A stretch of DNA of 63,505 nucleotides, the filler included, from Folioceros fuciformis (lineage: Eukaryota): NCBI GenBank assembly GCA_049999805.1. It is 7 parts of 7 records of this genome, joined end to end, with 100 filler letters (N's around TTAATTAATTAA, not from the genome) between each part and the next. Parts side by side here need not be neighbours in the genome. Positions count along the whole stretch, not along the records: positions 1 to 9,281 come from JBNGIO010003174.1; positions 9,382 to 18,615 come from JBNGIO010003175.1; 5 more parts are not named here. One strand, written 5' to 3'. Positions 1 to 15,565 of this stretch are shown here, one piece after another. The first letter of the stretch is position 1. Each line of letters begins with the position of its first letter. The notes beneath the pieces were generated by a model, which made no database searches, was not told where the DNA came from, and worked only from the letters and a program-made list of their open reading frames with translations. Both the position numbers and the translations under genes were made by a program.

Positions 1-94
1 TCATGTCTGAGGGCCACTTTGCCAGCAGACAATGACGAGGTACTGCATGCGCCACATACCTCTAGATTCATGATTGTTGATATATGCGTTGTAG

Positions 95-3307
<3,213 letters not shown>

Positions 3308-3842
3308 AGCATATTTTTTGCTTCCCGTGGGACTTCCACCTTATTTGACGAACCGCTTAGGGCTGAGAGGGGTCGCAACGCATGAACAGGTTTAAGTTTG
3401 ACGCGCCATCAGTGGAGCTCGTTTTAGGACCATTAGTAACTGCAGTCCAACGACTGAAATCCGTTCTGAGTGGACATAAAGGTGGACTCTTTTTTCTTCC
3501 TCTACTAGCACAGCAGTCCGCCGCACTACCAGTCCAGAACTTCGCAAAGGATATAATTTGTTTGGCAATTTCGTAGGAAATGCCTTGCTCGGAATTGGGG
3601 GAACGTCATCATTTCCTTCACCATTTCTTCAGCACGTCTGAAATTACACCGTTGCCAAAGCCGGAGTCGAACAAGACCACTTTTGCAACAACCGACGGTC
3701 ACGGCCACTTACGTTATCTGAGATATAATGATAGCTTCTACAGTTGTTCTTAATGGTTGTCGCAACTTCATCCTCTTGACACCTTTCCCTTTCCCTCGCC
3801 CTGCATTCGGGTGCAACCATTCGGCTATGGAGTTTCATGCCG

Positions 3843-6299
3843 CTACCCATGTGGCTCCCGAATGTCCACAGATAAATCTCCGTAGTTGTCCCGGCTGATT
3901 CGCAATTTGTTATCGATATACCTGCACGAGAATGCACGGACTTATATCAAATACGAATTGTTCGGTTAACATCCATATCAAACACCCACATACGAAAGCA
4001 CGAGCAACTTACAATATGTCTAGGTAGCCGTCGACACTTGTGTTCCGGAAGGGGATGCGTAGAGTTCCAATTTCCATGATGCATCTGTTGATTAGGATAC
4101 CGCAACGTTGGGGGCAGCTCGCTCTGCAGTACAAAGATGAGAAACCAGATAGGCAACTTACACAAGCCAACTGTATTAGACTAAACCAGTTACGAAATAT
4201 GACTGACGCTGGCGTAGGGGGTTCTGTGCACCGTACACTGACACAGTGCTTCCTTCAGCGAGGAACTGGATTCCAGGGAAAACTTCAACCACATGTTCCA
4301 AAGCCCCATCCTCCGGTCTGATGATCTGGATAGCAGAGCTGGAAGGATCCATAAGATTGATCACAGGAAGTGCGACAGAAATGACCCCAACGGACAAGAA
4401 TATTCACAGCTTGCTGATATTCTTAGCCCAGAATAGGAACCAGTCATTGCACACAGGAGAAACCCAGTCCACCCGAACAAATGCTTTCCTACTTCAAATT
4501 GAAAGGAACATTTGAGTCAGCCTCCTGACCTGCCAGTTCGTAAGGCTAGCGATTGAGCGCTGAAGCCAACTGGCCCTTTCTGCCTATAGCCCACGGCAAC
4601 CATCTCAGCCTAAGGGTAATCCCATGGAAGTGTCAGGGTGCTCATTAAGACAACCCAACCTGTGAGCGCCACAGATTTCGCCATCTGCCGGGTAGGACAC
4701 CTAGATTCACCTCTTTAGAATGCTGAACAAGAAACTCATCAATAGCCTACAGACCCACACATATGGCATTCAGTGGCTGAGCAAGTTGGTTTAGTGTTAA
4801 ATTCCTATACAAGTACACATCATGTCAAAGAAAACCTTCTCCACATTGGCCCCGGAGGACACGGCACTCAGGAGGTGCTGGCGAGCGTCAAGACTCCGTT
4901 GTAAGACAAATGTGGTACCCTGCAATGCGAACTGTACGGCATCACATGCAAACTGCAAGGGATCCCATAAGCAGTCAACCACTTTATCCTTCTTTTCTAT
5001 AACATTACCTTGTTGCCGCGGGCAATCCTTACGGCACCAGATGGGGACAGGTAAGTAATATCAATCCAACCTTTTGCCTTGTCTCCAAGCAATTTGAATG
5101 GCACAGGATAAGGCACCTTGAAAGGCAAAAATTTGAAGGAAAATGCAGCTCTATCAAACTGAAAGAGTATCCTCCTTTCGTCTTGAATTGAAGCAGCAGC
5201 CTGAAATGCCTCGGCCAGCAAAGTCTGCTGGATCAGACCCTCCATACGCCAACACTGAATTTACAGAATCCTATAACTGCTAATACCTCAACAAGACAAA
5301 TCCGCAGCTCTACCGCCAAACAAGACCATTGTTGCTGGCACCTAATTGCCAAAAACTATATAGTTGGCTTCACGACGGAGGTACGGACCTCTATTTTGAG
5401 CTCCCCGATCTCTTCAGAAAACCTGATAGTGTTGCACACCCTTTTCTGATCGGTATCGACAAGCGCGAGGGACTGAAAAACTTCAAATGAGTCTATTCCG
5501 ACAAACGTTCGCTGCATGGACAAGGGCACAGCACGAGAGCCTTACTGCCTACTACAACTCCAAATTAAGGGGCAGGCCGGCAACAACCAGAGATGAAAAG
5601 ACGGTCTTCCACATACTTGGATAGGGGACGCAGTAGCGGGCCTTGTCAAATACACCAACCTCCATGTCCCGTCTATATACGGTGACCTTGTCTGCGCATT
5701 CAGCGGAAATGGCTTTCAGAACGACACGCAGGGAGTGACGACTGCCCACGTCGAAACTAACTGGAGAGCAACAGTTGCATACAATGTCTCCTAACGGGCT
5801 GGACCCAATCCATCCTATAACTCACCGCGTTCGGCAGGCCTTTCAGTTCTTCCAGCACCTTTACTGCGTCCCGAACCTCCTGCACCCAGGTAAACGTCTT
5901 AGCCTGTTTCCAACCACATTGTAACCATCCAGCATGGCAAGCCTCCACCACCACCACTGCATCGAGATTGAGATGAAATTGCAGAATTTTGTAAAAGAGA
6001 AGCAACCAATGGACCTGTAGCTGCTTGACAGATGTAGCCCTCACACGGCCTTGCATGCCAAGCAGAGCCTCTACAAGCGAGGACTCCGCCCCTGCTACTT
6101 GATCCTCGTCCGAGACTGAGGAGCTAGCCGTTCTCCCTCCACTCTCAACCGCTTTGTCCAAGGCCTTGGCTCGTGCAGAATTGAAGCTGCAACTCGACAA
6201 TATGAGTCTATGACATGCACGATCGATTGACCAATTGCGCTGCGACGTGCTCATGGTTGGCCCACACAGGCCCCAAACCTGCTGCGTTGCCGCCATCAT
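3843..6299 (-). CDS. Plastid lipid-associated protein / fibrillin (FBN10/PAP12-like), multi-exon
   Basis: ATG at 6299 (or 6296), followed by a Ser/Arg-rich transit-like N-terminus. Exons then encode LVEALLGMQGR, EVRDAVKVLE, IDGTWRLVYLTRPATASPIQ, RTFVGIDSFEVFQ, ILFQFDRAAFSFKFLPFKVPYPVPFKLLGDKAKGWIDITYLSPSG..RGNK, GTTFVLQR, AIDEFL..GRWRNLWRSQ and YIDNKLRISRDNYGDLSVDIREPHG-TAG (stop at 3843-3845). The introns I traced are GT-AG. Matches my recollection of the two-domain plant fibrillin FBN10. Confidence 0.88.
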
Positions 6300-7682
6300 T
6301 CGATGAAAATGTTGCAGTAGGCTACCTACGCCTGTCGTGACACTCACAAAAAGCAGTGCCAGCGGGTTGCAGCCTACAATATTGTAAGCTTAGTTTTCAA
6401 CCGTGCTCAAGACGTGATTAACGATTTACTTTGAGGTACTTACCATGGGAAGACGGGGTGATGGCAATCGCCGGTGGCATGAGCCTGCACCAAGGCAAGC
6501 ATGGGCCAACCTCCAAGATTAGACAGCGAAAGGTTTTGATGGCTAGGCGATTCCAGGAATTCAGATTTTACCATGAACCTGATAAGTGGTGCTTTTCGAA
6601 GCTAAGTCCTTTGGAGAACGCAGGCTGAAGGCTGCCCAGCAGTAAGGGCTATGAGCGGAACAGAAGAACAGCACCTAGGAGCACATCGAATTTGCATTTT
6701 GAGCAAGATAATTCAACCAAATGAGAACGATAGGCGTTTTGATCAGACTTTCGCATAGAACTCCAATGCTAGGACTAGGGACCCGTGGCAGGAGGATTCT
6801 CCACCACACAACACACTAGTTCAGACATGCCTTTTATCTGTTCACCAGCATTCCAGCCGCAGTCAATTCTTGACCCGGTAACATGTGCAGTGTTCAAACC
6901 CCCCCCCTCCGCCGAATTTGTCCATCCCCAACGACTTGCTTAGCGAACTTACCCTATCTCGTGAGGGTTATATGGAATGATCCCGCGTAACCTTGGATTA
7001 CTTTGTCTCGTGGAGTGTTTCAGGTAATGAACCTTAACCCTTTCCTTGTCGGGAACGAAAAAAAAAAAGATGCCTAAGCAAATAATACTAAGCTGGATTA
7101 TCACCAACGAGGCAACAAATTTCATCGGAAATCACCGTCTTGATGAGCACAACATGGAATACAACAAACGTGACCCCATATTTGGATCATGGGTACTAGA
7201 AAAATGTTCTCACTGCATATGGTGGATCACGAAGATGGCCACAAGTTCCCTCTCTTTCAAAGAAAACTTTGTAACACAAGCAATGCTTATGTCACACTTT
7301 TTTCTTGTTCCTTTCTCACGAAGGCATTAAGCTAGGGTTTGCCATGTTAGCAAGGCCCTTGTAATATCCCACCCATGTGCATGAGAAGCAAAAGTGAGTG
7401 TATGGGAAAGCATGAGAAGCAAAAGTGAGTGTATGGGCTTTCCCATGGATGTAGAACAAAGTTTAGGGGTTGAGGAATCCACACTATGCTATTGCCACAT
7501 AGCCTTAGCACAAGAACAACCCATAAGCCATAAGCCACACACCCACACTAAATGTGGCCACAAACATTAGTCTACATTATTGGCCAACCATTAGTCTACA
7601 TTACAATAGTGTAGACTAATGTTTAGGGTACATACCAAAGAAAACAAGTGTTTGTCCACCCTTTGGTGTGGGCTCCTCCTTC

Positions 7683-8172
7683 ATCCACAACTGCAGGTAC
7701 GTTCCATTCCAATAACGTCCACGACTGCAGGTACCTTCCATTACAATGACCTCCATGAGTGCAAGTACCTTCCATTCCAATGACATCCACGACTGCAAGT
7801 ACCGTCCATTCCAATGACATCCACGACTGTAGATACCGTCCATTCCAATGACATCTAGGATTGCAGGTACCTTTCATTCCAATGACATCCACGACTGCAG
7901 GTACCGTCCATTCCAATGACATCCATGACTACAAGTACCTTCCATTCCAATGACATCCACGACTACAAGTACCTTCCATTCCAATGACATCCACAACTGC
8001 AGGTACATTCCAATAACGTCCACGACTGCAGGTATCTTCCATTCCAATGACATCCACGACTGCAGGTACCTTCCATTCCAATGACATCCACGACTAAAGG
8101 TACCTTCCATTCCAATGACATCCACAACTAAAGGTACCTTCCATTCCAATAACATCCACGACTGCAGGTACC
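7683..8172. repeat. 34-bp minisatellite, about 14 copies
   Basis: Head-to-tail unit CCATTCCAATGACATCCACGACTGCAGGTACCTT with point variants, one shortened copy and no spacers. Confidence 0.93.
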
Positions 8173-8696
8173 TACTTCTACACTCTTTGCATAAGGTCAT
8201 GAAGGCTAGGTGCAGTTGCTAATGTTAGGGAGGTAGTCCATACCCTCCAAGCCCTTGGCATAGGCATTGTCGTAGGCAACTTGCAGTACTTGCATGCACC
8301 ACCCATGGAGATGGCTTGCATACACCACCCAAGGAGATGGAAGAGGCATTGCACATGCCAAATAAGGAGGTTGAAGCCGTAGAATCTATGTGCAATTATA
8401 ATCTACAAATGAGGGCATCTTTTGTGCTAATGGCAGAAAAATATAAAAAATGAGAATAGAATTGAAAAGTTGGTACAAAAGAGTCTTGTATACTAAAATA
8501 CATATATCCCTAAGTGACCATTTAATAGGGGGTATTTTCTATGATTGAAAAAGAGATGGAAAGTCCCATCTACTCTAAAAATTGGAGGAACAACCCCATT
8601 AGGGCCAAAGGCAAAAAGAGGTACTATCCCTTGCGAATATCATTTTAAAAACTACTTACGGCTCCCAAAATGTCATGATGTGGAATAATAAAATGC

Positions 8697-9281
8697 CTAC
8701 CTACCTACCACCGGTGACGAAGAAGCCGCTTGACTTGCGCTTGTTGCTGTTCTAAAAACTGCATTGGCCAGTGCTCGTTGCAAAGCAATGGATACACGTT
8801 GTCAAAAGAAGGCCACCACAGAGGAAAGAGGGAGAACACCATTCCTATTGCTTTGATAAACCGTGGCACACTCCTTAATAAACCTTGAAAAGTCCTTGCC
8901 CATAGCTCCATGAGTCTCAAGAGCAAGGGGGATGAAAGTATGCCTGTTTTGCAAGGGAAAATACTTATGGACTTTGGCACTTGCACAACCCTCTGCCGCC
9001 CAACCAGGGGGGTTGATGATGACGTGCTCACAAATCAAATCCCTAGTGGTATCCGTAACAACCACATCAGCAACACAAACTTGTTCTCCCGTAGTGAAGA
9101 AAAGGTCGGCTCTAAGTGAAACCCCATTGCGCAAAGTATATGGACGCTCCCTATATGGAAGAAACCCACACTCCCTGGCCATTGAGAACATGACATCCCG
9201 AACTACATCATGAGTGGCAATGCGGTGCCCCCCAACGGGACAACGTGCCAAATGGGACCCTGTATCGACAATGGCAACCCC
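8697..9281 (-). mobile_element. 3' end of an RLE-type (CRE-like) non-LTR retrotransposon: zinc knuckle plus restriction-like endonuclease, with one premature stop
   Basis: Translation reads DTGSHLARCPVGGHRIATHD (knuckle H..C plus RHD-like motif), then ER..LRADL..VADVVV..AKVHKY..FIPLALETHG, then FF*QRVSIALQRALANAV. This is the PD-(D/E)xK-type RLE with the QRxSxALQRxNA-like tail typical of CRE elements. It runs into the gap at 9282. Confidence 0.8.
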
Positions 9282-9381
9282 NNNNNNNNNNNNNNNNNNN
9301 NNNNNNNNNNNNNNNNNNNNNNNNNTTAATTAATTAANNNNNNNNNNNNNNNNNNNNNNNNNNNNNNNNNNNNNNNNNNNN
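9282..9381. other. Assembly gap/linker (N44-TTAATTAATTAA-N44); the same linker occurs at 18616-18715, 28224-28323, 41523-41622, 46749-46848 and 58907-59006
   Basis: Six identical 100-bp blocks, each with a six-frame-stop palindrome in the centre of an N run. Artificial sequence. Confidence 0.97.
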
Positions 9382-10203
9382 GAAGTACGGGGCCAGGGGA
9401 CAGTCGGGCGCGCACTTCCGACGCTGGTACTTGCACGCCGCGCAAGCCTGGTTAGTGATCGCCATGCAGCGGCCGCGGCTGCGGCGGCCCCGGTCTGCTG
9501 TCTACACCGGCGCCGCCATCGCGCCAGTGCTTGCTCGTGCGATGCAGATTTCCAGTCTTGCTGCTGCGAGAGCAGGGACTCCAGGGAAGGGAGCCAGGTT
9601 CTCATCCCCCACACTCACGCGGGCAAGCCAGCAGGACCCGAGGCGATGTGCGCTCCAGGAAACCACACCCTGAAGCCGTGTTCTACATACAGGGAAGGAA
9701 ATAGCCTATCCCAAATTTAGACTTTTCCTCTTTCCCGCAGTTATGTATGTACGTAGGGCGCGAACCCAAACGCTGCGTAGAATGTTTGCGAGGATTTCGC
9801 CGCTTTAATTGCAGGTGGCCCATTTCCTTGCCTGCTACTGCGCCCTACCGATCTAAGGTCAGTTGCACGCACACGCCCATCGGATGGGCCCCACTTCACC
9901 CCTCCAAATGGCTCTTCATCACGCCGTGCCTGCCCAGTACTACCGCCCAGTACTACCGCCCTACACTTATCTTCCACAACATTACGCAACTCTTTTATTT
10001 TATCACATATATTTTAAGAAAATAACATTTTAATCAATTTTATTTATATATAAAAAGGTAAAAATTAATGAAAGAAGTGATAAAGCTGCGCCAGAGTGTG
10101 TTTAGTACCATAGCTTACTAAGAGAGCATGAATAACCATTCAGCCCTAGGAAGGGAGTGGTTGTAGGTAGAATTTACCTTGGTCTTTAAGTAAGTAGAAA
10201 GGG

Positions 10204-13200
10204 TGATGAAGACCTAGTCAACAAGACAATTCACGCCACTCAGTGAACCAACACATGCTGCCTGAACACACATCTTGCTCAACCGTAACACCTCTTCACA
10301 GGCACTACCATAAGAACATGAACAGTAATGTATGTAATCAAAACAATCTATTATAATAGAACAAGATTCAGAGGCACTACCATAAGAACATGAACAGTAA
10401 TGTAATCAAAACAATCTGTTGTAATAGAAGAAGATTCACATGCACTACCATAAGAAGATGAACAATAATGTAATCAAAACAATATGTTGTAATAGAAGAA
10501 GAATCACTGCACATCTCTACATTTTCCCATGGTATCAGAGCCTCAAGGGTCACCTTATGAGGTTATGAGGTGAAAGGGTCACCTCATAACTCGTGGCAAG
10601 AGAGCTCGTTCGTGGGCAAGAACGGTGTAGGAGGAACGCTAGTCTCCTCAATAACTTAATTCTCCTCACGGTGCTCCACGATGTGAATGTGAACCTGTGA
10701 AGAGAATAGAACAAGTAGCCACAAATCAAAGATAGAGCAAAACCCCTACCTTTGACAACCGCGTGCTCAGGAAGCTCTGCCAGATTGAAAATGAGGTCAA
10801 TGCTAAGACTTGCCTGTTGCGCAGTTTCCCTAGCATCATCTGAAGAGACGTGAGGGACCTTCTCCAGGTGTGTGAGGCTCCATTCAATCCCAGCCCAAGC
10901 CATCGTTTTCATCAGTGCTGAAGCTTTGTGAAGAAAAACCCTAACCATGTCCACATCTAGAGGAGCCAGTTGAAATGCCGCCGTTGATGGTGCAGATGTT
11001 GCCTCAAGTGGTGCATATGTTGCCGCAAGTGGTGCAGGTGCTACCATTGGTAGTGGCACTACTGCCGCAAACCCTATTGCCTAGCACTTTGCTAACCTCC
11101 GGATCGAAATAAAGGAAAGGGATAGGTTCACAGGCATAGACTACGACGTCTAGGCCACCCAGATGTAGGGACACCTTGAGGACGCAGACCTATGGACAAT
11201 AGTTGATGGATCGGTGCCATGCCTTGCATTAGGAACCCCAGACTATGATCAATGGATCAAATCCGACATAAGAGCCCGCAATCTGTTAATTGCTAGTCTT
11301 GATAAAGATATGGTTCATCATACCTTTGGGTTCATCATACCTTGGGGTTGCTTCAAACAAATGTTTGAAGCCACTGATGCTTAGCACTCTGCCACTATTG
11401 TAAGGAACTTCCAAAACCTTAAATATAAGGACAGGGAAAGCATCTAGGCACATCTCAGCACCTTCTGCACTGTGAGAGCAAGATTGGCCTCTTGCGGGAC
11501 CGTCTTAACAGAGGATTAGGCGGCCATAACCCTTCTGATAATCCTGCTGGCAAGTTGGTGCATGTTTGTCGCAACCTAGAACGGCCTTATGAAGCAATCT
11601 GCACACGTAAAGACGCTCAAGCTAGGAGAACTTATGACCCTCTCGGAGGTCATCGCTACCATACTTGAGGAGAACTCTGCTAGGGGTTCCTTCAAGAGCG
11701 TAGCCTTCGTGCAAGCTCTCTTCATCTCATGGCCCAACAAAGAGAGACATATGCGAAACAAGAATTGGCAAAGCAGGAAAGGAGGGGAAGGTTCTTCCCA
11801 ATCAGGCCCTACTAACCCCTGTCGTAAGGGGAATTGTAACTAGTGCAGCAAGCCAAGGCACTTGAACTTCAACTAAGGCAGAGATAACCAAGCTTTGGCA
11901 CCTACAATTAGGTCACCTCAGCTTGAAACGGATAAAAGAAATGCAAGCTAGCTAGCATTATGCCGAACCCCTTCTTGAATTTAGTAACTCCCTCTTCTGT
12001 GAAGGTTGTCTACTAAGAAAAAGTAAGAAAGTGCCATACCCCCGTACTTCCTCTCATCGTGCCACCGAGCTCCTTGAGCTGGTGCATATTGATCTTTGTG
12101 GACCCATTTGGAGGAGCTTCTTATTTGTTGCCTGTCATTGACAACAAGTCTCGTATGATCCACACCTACTTTCTCCAGCTCAAGAGTGAAGCCTTCACCA
12201 AGTTCAAGGAGTTCCACACAATGGCTGAATTGCAGACTGGCTATAAGCTTAAGTGCGTATGCTCGGATGGAGGAGGTGAGCTCTTCTTTGGTAAATTCAC
12301 CTCTTATCTTACAAATTGAGGCATCACTCGACAAGTCACCGTCCTATACGCCCATGCACAAAATGGTGTTGCCGAGAACTATAACTGAAGGCTTTAGAAG
12401 ATGGCCAAGGCCATGCTCTCACATACCGCCTTGTCACATGGGTATTGGGCCGAGTATGTCTCTACTGCAACACACCTGCTAAACCGACTACCTACCTCTA
12501 CTCTTCCAACACAAACCCCCTTTGAGGCTTGGACAGGACACAGACCTCTCTTACTCTTCTTTAAATGTTTGGGGTTGATGCACACTCTTGAATTCCGAAG
12601 GAGAAGCACTCTCTGCTTCACAACCCCAAGACTGGAAAATTTGACCCTTGAGCACAAAAGCTGATATTTGTTGGCTACATTGATGGTGTGAAAGACTACA
12701 AACTTGTCCATCCAACCTCACATCACATCACCATTTCTCGGAGCGTCAATTTTCGTGAGCATCTCGATGCTCCAAGAGGTAGCGGGAGTATTATCGGCTC
12801 CTAACTTGACCTCACCGACCCTGTTCACAATGAGGAGGAGAACATGGTTGAAACTGAGCTCCCTATCATTAAACCTCCGTTGGTGCACCAAGCTGCCCCA
12901 GCTTCCCAGGCTGTGCAGCTTTTAGTGCACCAACCTATCGCTCCAATTGGTTCATTGCTCCCTTTGGTCGCTGATGCAGGTCAAGCCCTGGTACCTCAAG
13001 ATGTCGTTGCCCCCAGAGTAAATCCTACTCCGCCTAGAGCTAATCCACGAGCTGCCATGTCTGGTGGACGCCAATCCACAAGAGCCCGCCACCGTCCTGC
13101 ATATCTTGATGACTACTATGTTCCCAATCCGACTCCAGCAGATACGGCACCTATTGCTCTTGAAAAGGAGAACCTGCATGTAGAGTCAAGTATTGAGACC

Positions 13201-15055
13201 GACACTTCTGTTAATCTCATGGCAAAGGCAATGCTAGCTACAACTCATGTTCTTAAACCAGCAACTCTTGAAGAAGCACTTGCATCACTTGACAAGGAAG
13301 GATGGATGAAGGTTGTCTAGCAAGAATATGACTCCATAATTGAGTTGAAGACTTGGGTGCTCATCCCACTCCCTCTCAGTCGCAAGGCAATTAAATGTAA
13401 GTGGACATTCAAACGTAAGCTGAAGTATGATGGAACCATAGAAAGACTCAAAGCATGACTCGTGATCAAGGGCTATAGTCAAAGCTCTTGCCTCAACTAT
13501 GGAGATAATATCTATGCACCTATGGTGGCCACTCAATCTGTTAGATTCCTCATGGCTATTGCGATTAAGCATGACCTTGATGTGCATCAACTCGACATTT
13601 GAACAGCCTTCCTCTACGCCACACAAAAGGAGGAAATTTATATGGAGCAACCACCAATGTATGTGGATCCCAAGAGACCTACTTGGGTTTGCATGCTACT
13701 TAAAGGACTATATGGTTTTAAGCAAGCACAAGCTGAGTTTTTATGTGCTGATTGATGATCACCTCATCCAATTCGGCTTTGTTAAGACCTTAGCATATCA
13801 GAACTTGTACTTGCTGCGAAGGGGAGACAAATTCTTGGCACTGGCCCTATATGCCGACGATTGCATCATGTTTACCAATGATCCAGGAAAGCTACTTGTA
13901 GACATAAAGGAGATGCTTGTTGCCAAGTTCAAAATGAGAGATCTTGGACCTTTGGAATTCTTCCTCGTTATGCAGATTTGATGGGACAGAGAAGCAGGTA
14001 TGTTGACTCTTCTTCAGTCTAAGTACGTCCTCAAAATTCTAGACAGGTTTAAGCTATTAGATGCTCGTCCTTCGCCAACTTCGCTTCCAACTAGAGTGAA
14101 GCTCACAGTTGATGACTGTCCCACTACCAAAGCCGAGAAAGACAATATGGCCAAGGTGCCATACCTGAGTGCTTTTGGTAGCCTCATCTACCTCCACGGT
14201 TGGACATGATATGATATCTCTTATGCCGTGTCTACTATTGCACAATTCATGTCTAACCTTGGTAGGGCACACTGGATGTGCGTAAAGAGGATCTACCGGT
14301 ACTTGAAGGACACCACGCACTCTAGAATTACTTACAAGAGATCCACTGATGACAAGCTCAACTTTGAGGGTTGGGCATATCCGAACTGGGCATCCGATCC
14401 TAATGCCCAACGACGTGTTGTAGCCTACACCTTTACCCTCGGTGGCTTAGCAGTCTCATGGTCAAGCAAGAAGCTTGCTACCATTTCGTTGTCTAGTGCA
14501 GAGAGTTAGTATGGGGCACTATCAAAAGCTGGAAAGGAGGTTATTCACTGCAGGCAGATCTTGAAAGACCTTGTCTATGATCAGTCTGATCCTATCATCC
14601 TACATTGTGATAACATAGCTGCAATCTCGTTGATAGAAGGTGATAGATTTCATGCTAGAACCAAGCATATCGAAGTAGCTTACCATTTTATCTGGCAGCT
14701 GGTAGCTAAGAGTATTGTTAAAATGCTCTATGTCCCCACAAAATCTAACCTTGCTAACTTGCTCACGAAGTCACTACCTAGGATCCGCCATGAGTTACTA
14801 ACAACATCCCTAGGATTAGTGACCACTGCAAGTAAGCAGCATTCTTGAGATGGCTTGAACTGAGCGGGAGTGATGAAGACCTAGCTAACAAGACAGTTCA
14901 TGCCACTCAGTGAACTGACACCTCCTGCCTGAACAGACACCTTGCTCAACCGTGACACCTCTTCACAAGTGTTGCCATAAGAACATGAATAGTAATGTAA
15001 TCAAAACAATTTGTTGTAATAGAAGAAGAACACTGCATATCTCTACATTTTCCCA
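10204..15055 (+). mobile_element. Complete but decayed Ty1/Copia LTR retrotransposon
   Basis: 5' LTR 10204-10529 and 3' LTR 14871-15055 (both TG..CA). PBS TGGTATCAGAGC (tRNA-iMet type) at 10530, PPT TGAGCGGGAG at 14861-14870, TSD AAGGG on both sides. Remnants of gag (IKERDRFTG), integrase (LVHIDLCGP, SDGGGE, NGVAE), RT (LYADDCI) and RNase H (HCDNIAAI, HARTKHIEV) lie in Copia order, with many stops and frameshifts. The protease region appears to be missing. Confidence 0.95.
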
Positions 15056-15180
15056 AAGGGGACTTGGCATTGGGCTGAGGGGGCGAGATCGACACATATC
15101 CCCTCATGCCTTGAGAGCACGGAATTCTTAGGCTGTGAGCAACCAATTGTGTGTTGTAAGAAAGCTCTTTTGAAGACGGT

Positions 15181-15565
15181 CAAGTGGAGAGAGATCTAAG
15201 CTCCTAGCTTAGACGAAGATGGAGGAGTTCTCTCTAACCCTCCTAAGCTCCTAGGGCTTAGGCGAAGATGGAGGAGTTCTCTCTAATCTTCTGGTGTTGT
15301 ATGTTCTTGTTGAGGTTGATTGGAGAGAGATCTAAGCTTTTGGTGTTTTTATGTTCTTGCTGAGGTCAATTGGAGAAAGATCTAAGCTCCTAGCTTAGGT
15401 GAAGATGAAGGAGTTCTCTGCAACCCTCTAGTGTTCTATGTTCTTGTTGATGTCGAGTGGAGAGAGATCTAAGCTTTTAGCTTAGGCGAAGATGGAGGAG
15501 TTCTAAGGTCCTAGATTAGGTGAAGATGAAGTTCTCTCTAACCCTCGGGTGTTGTATGTTCTTGT
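15181..15565. repeat. Degenerate tandem repeat array, units up to about 90 bp
   Basis: Recurrent GGAGAGAGATCTAAGCTCCTAGCTTAGGCGAAGATGGAGGAGTTCTCTCTAACCCT...GTGTTGTATGTTCTTG modules. Confidence 0.8.

Noticed and set aside
6850-7070. Possible tRNA-derived SINE (GTTCAAACC B-box-like motif and a downstream A-run)
   Set aside because: No convincing A-box at the right spacing and no TSD.
7683-8172. CRISPR-like array (34-bp repeats with palindromes)
   Set aside because: The units are head-to-tail with no unique spacers, there are no cas genes, and the context is eukaryotic. The overlapping ORFs are repeat artefacts.
9326-9337. Recurrent TTAATTAATTAA palindrome
   Set aside because: Always centred in identical N runs, so it is an artificial six-frame-stop linker. 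ORFs that cross it are artefacts.
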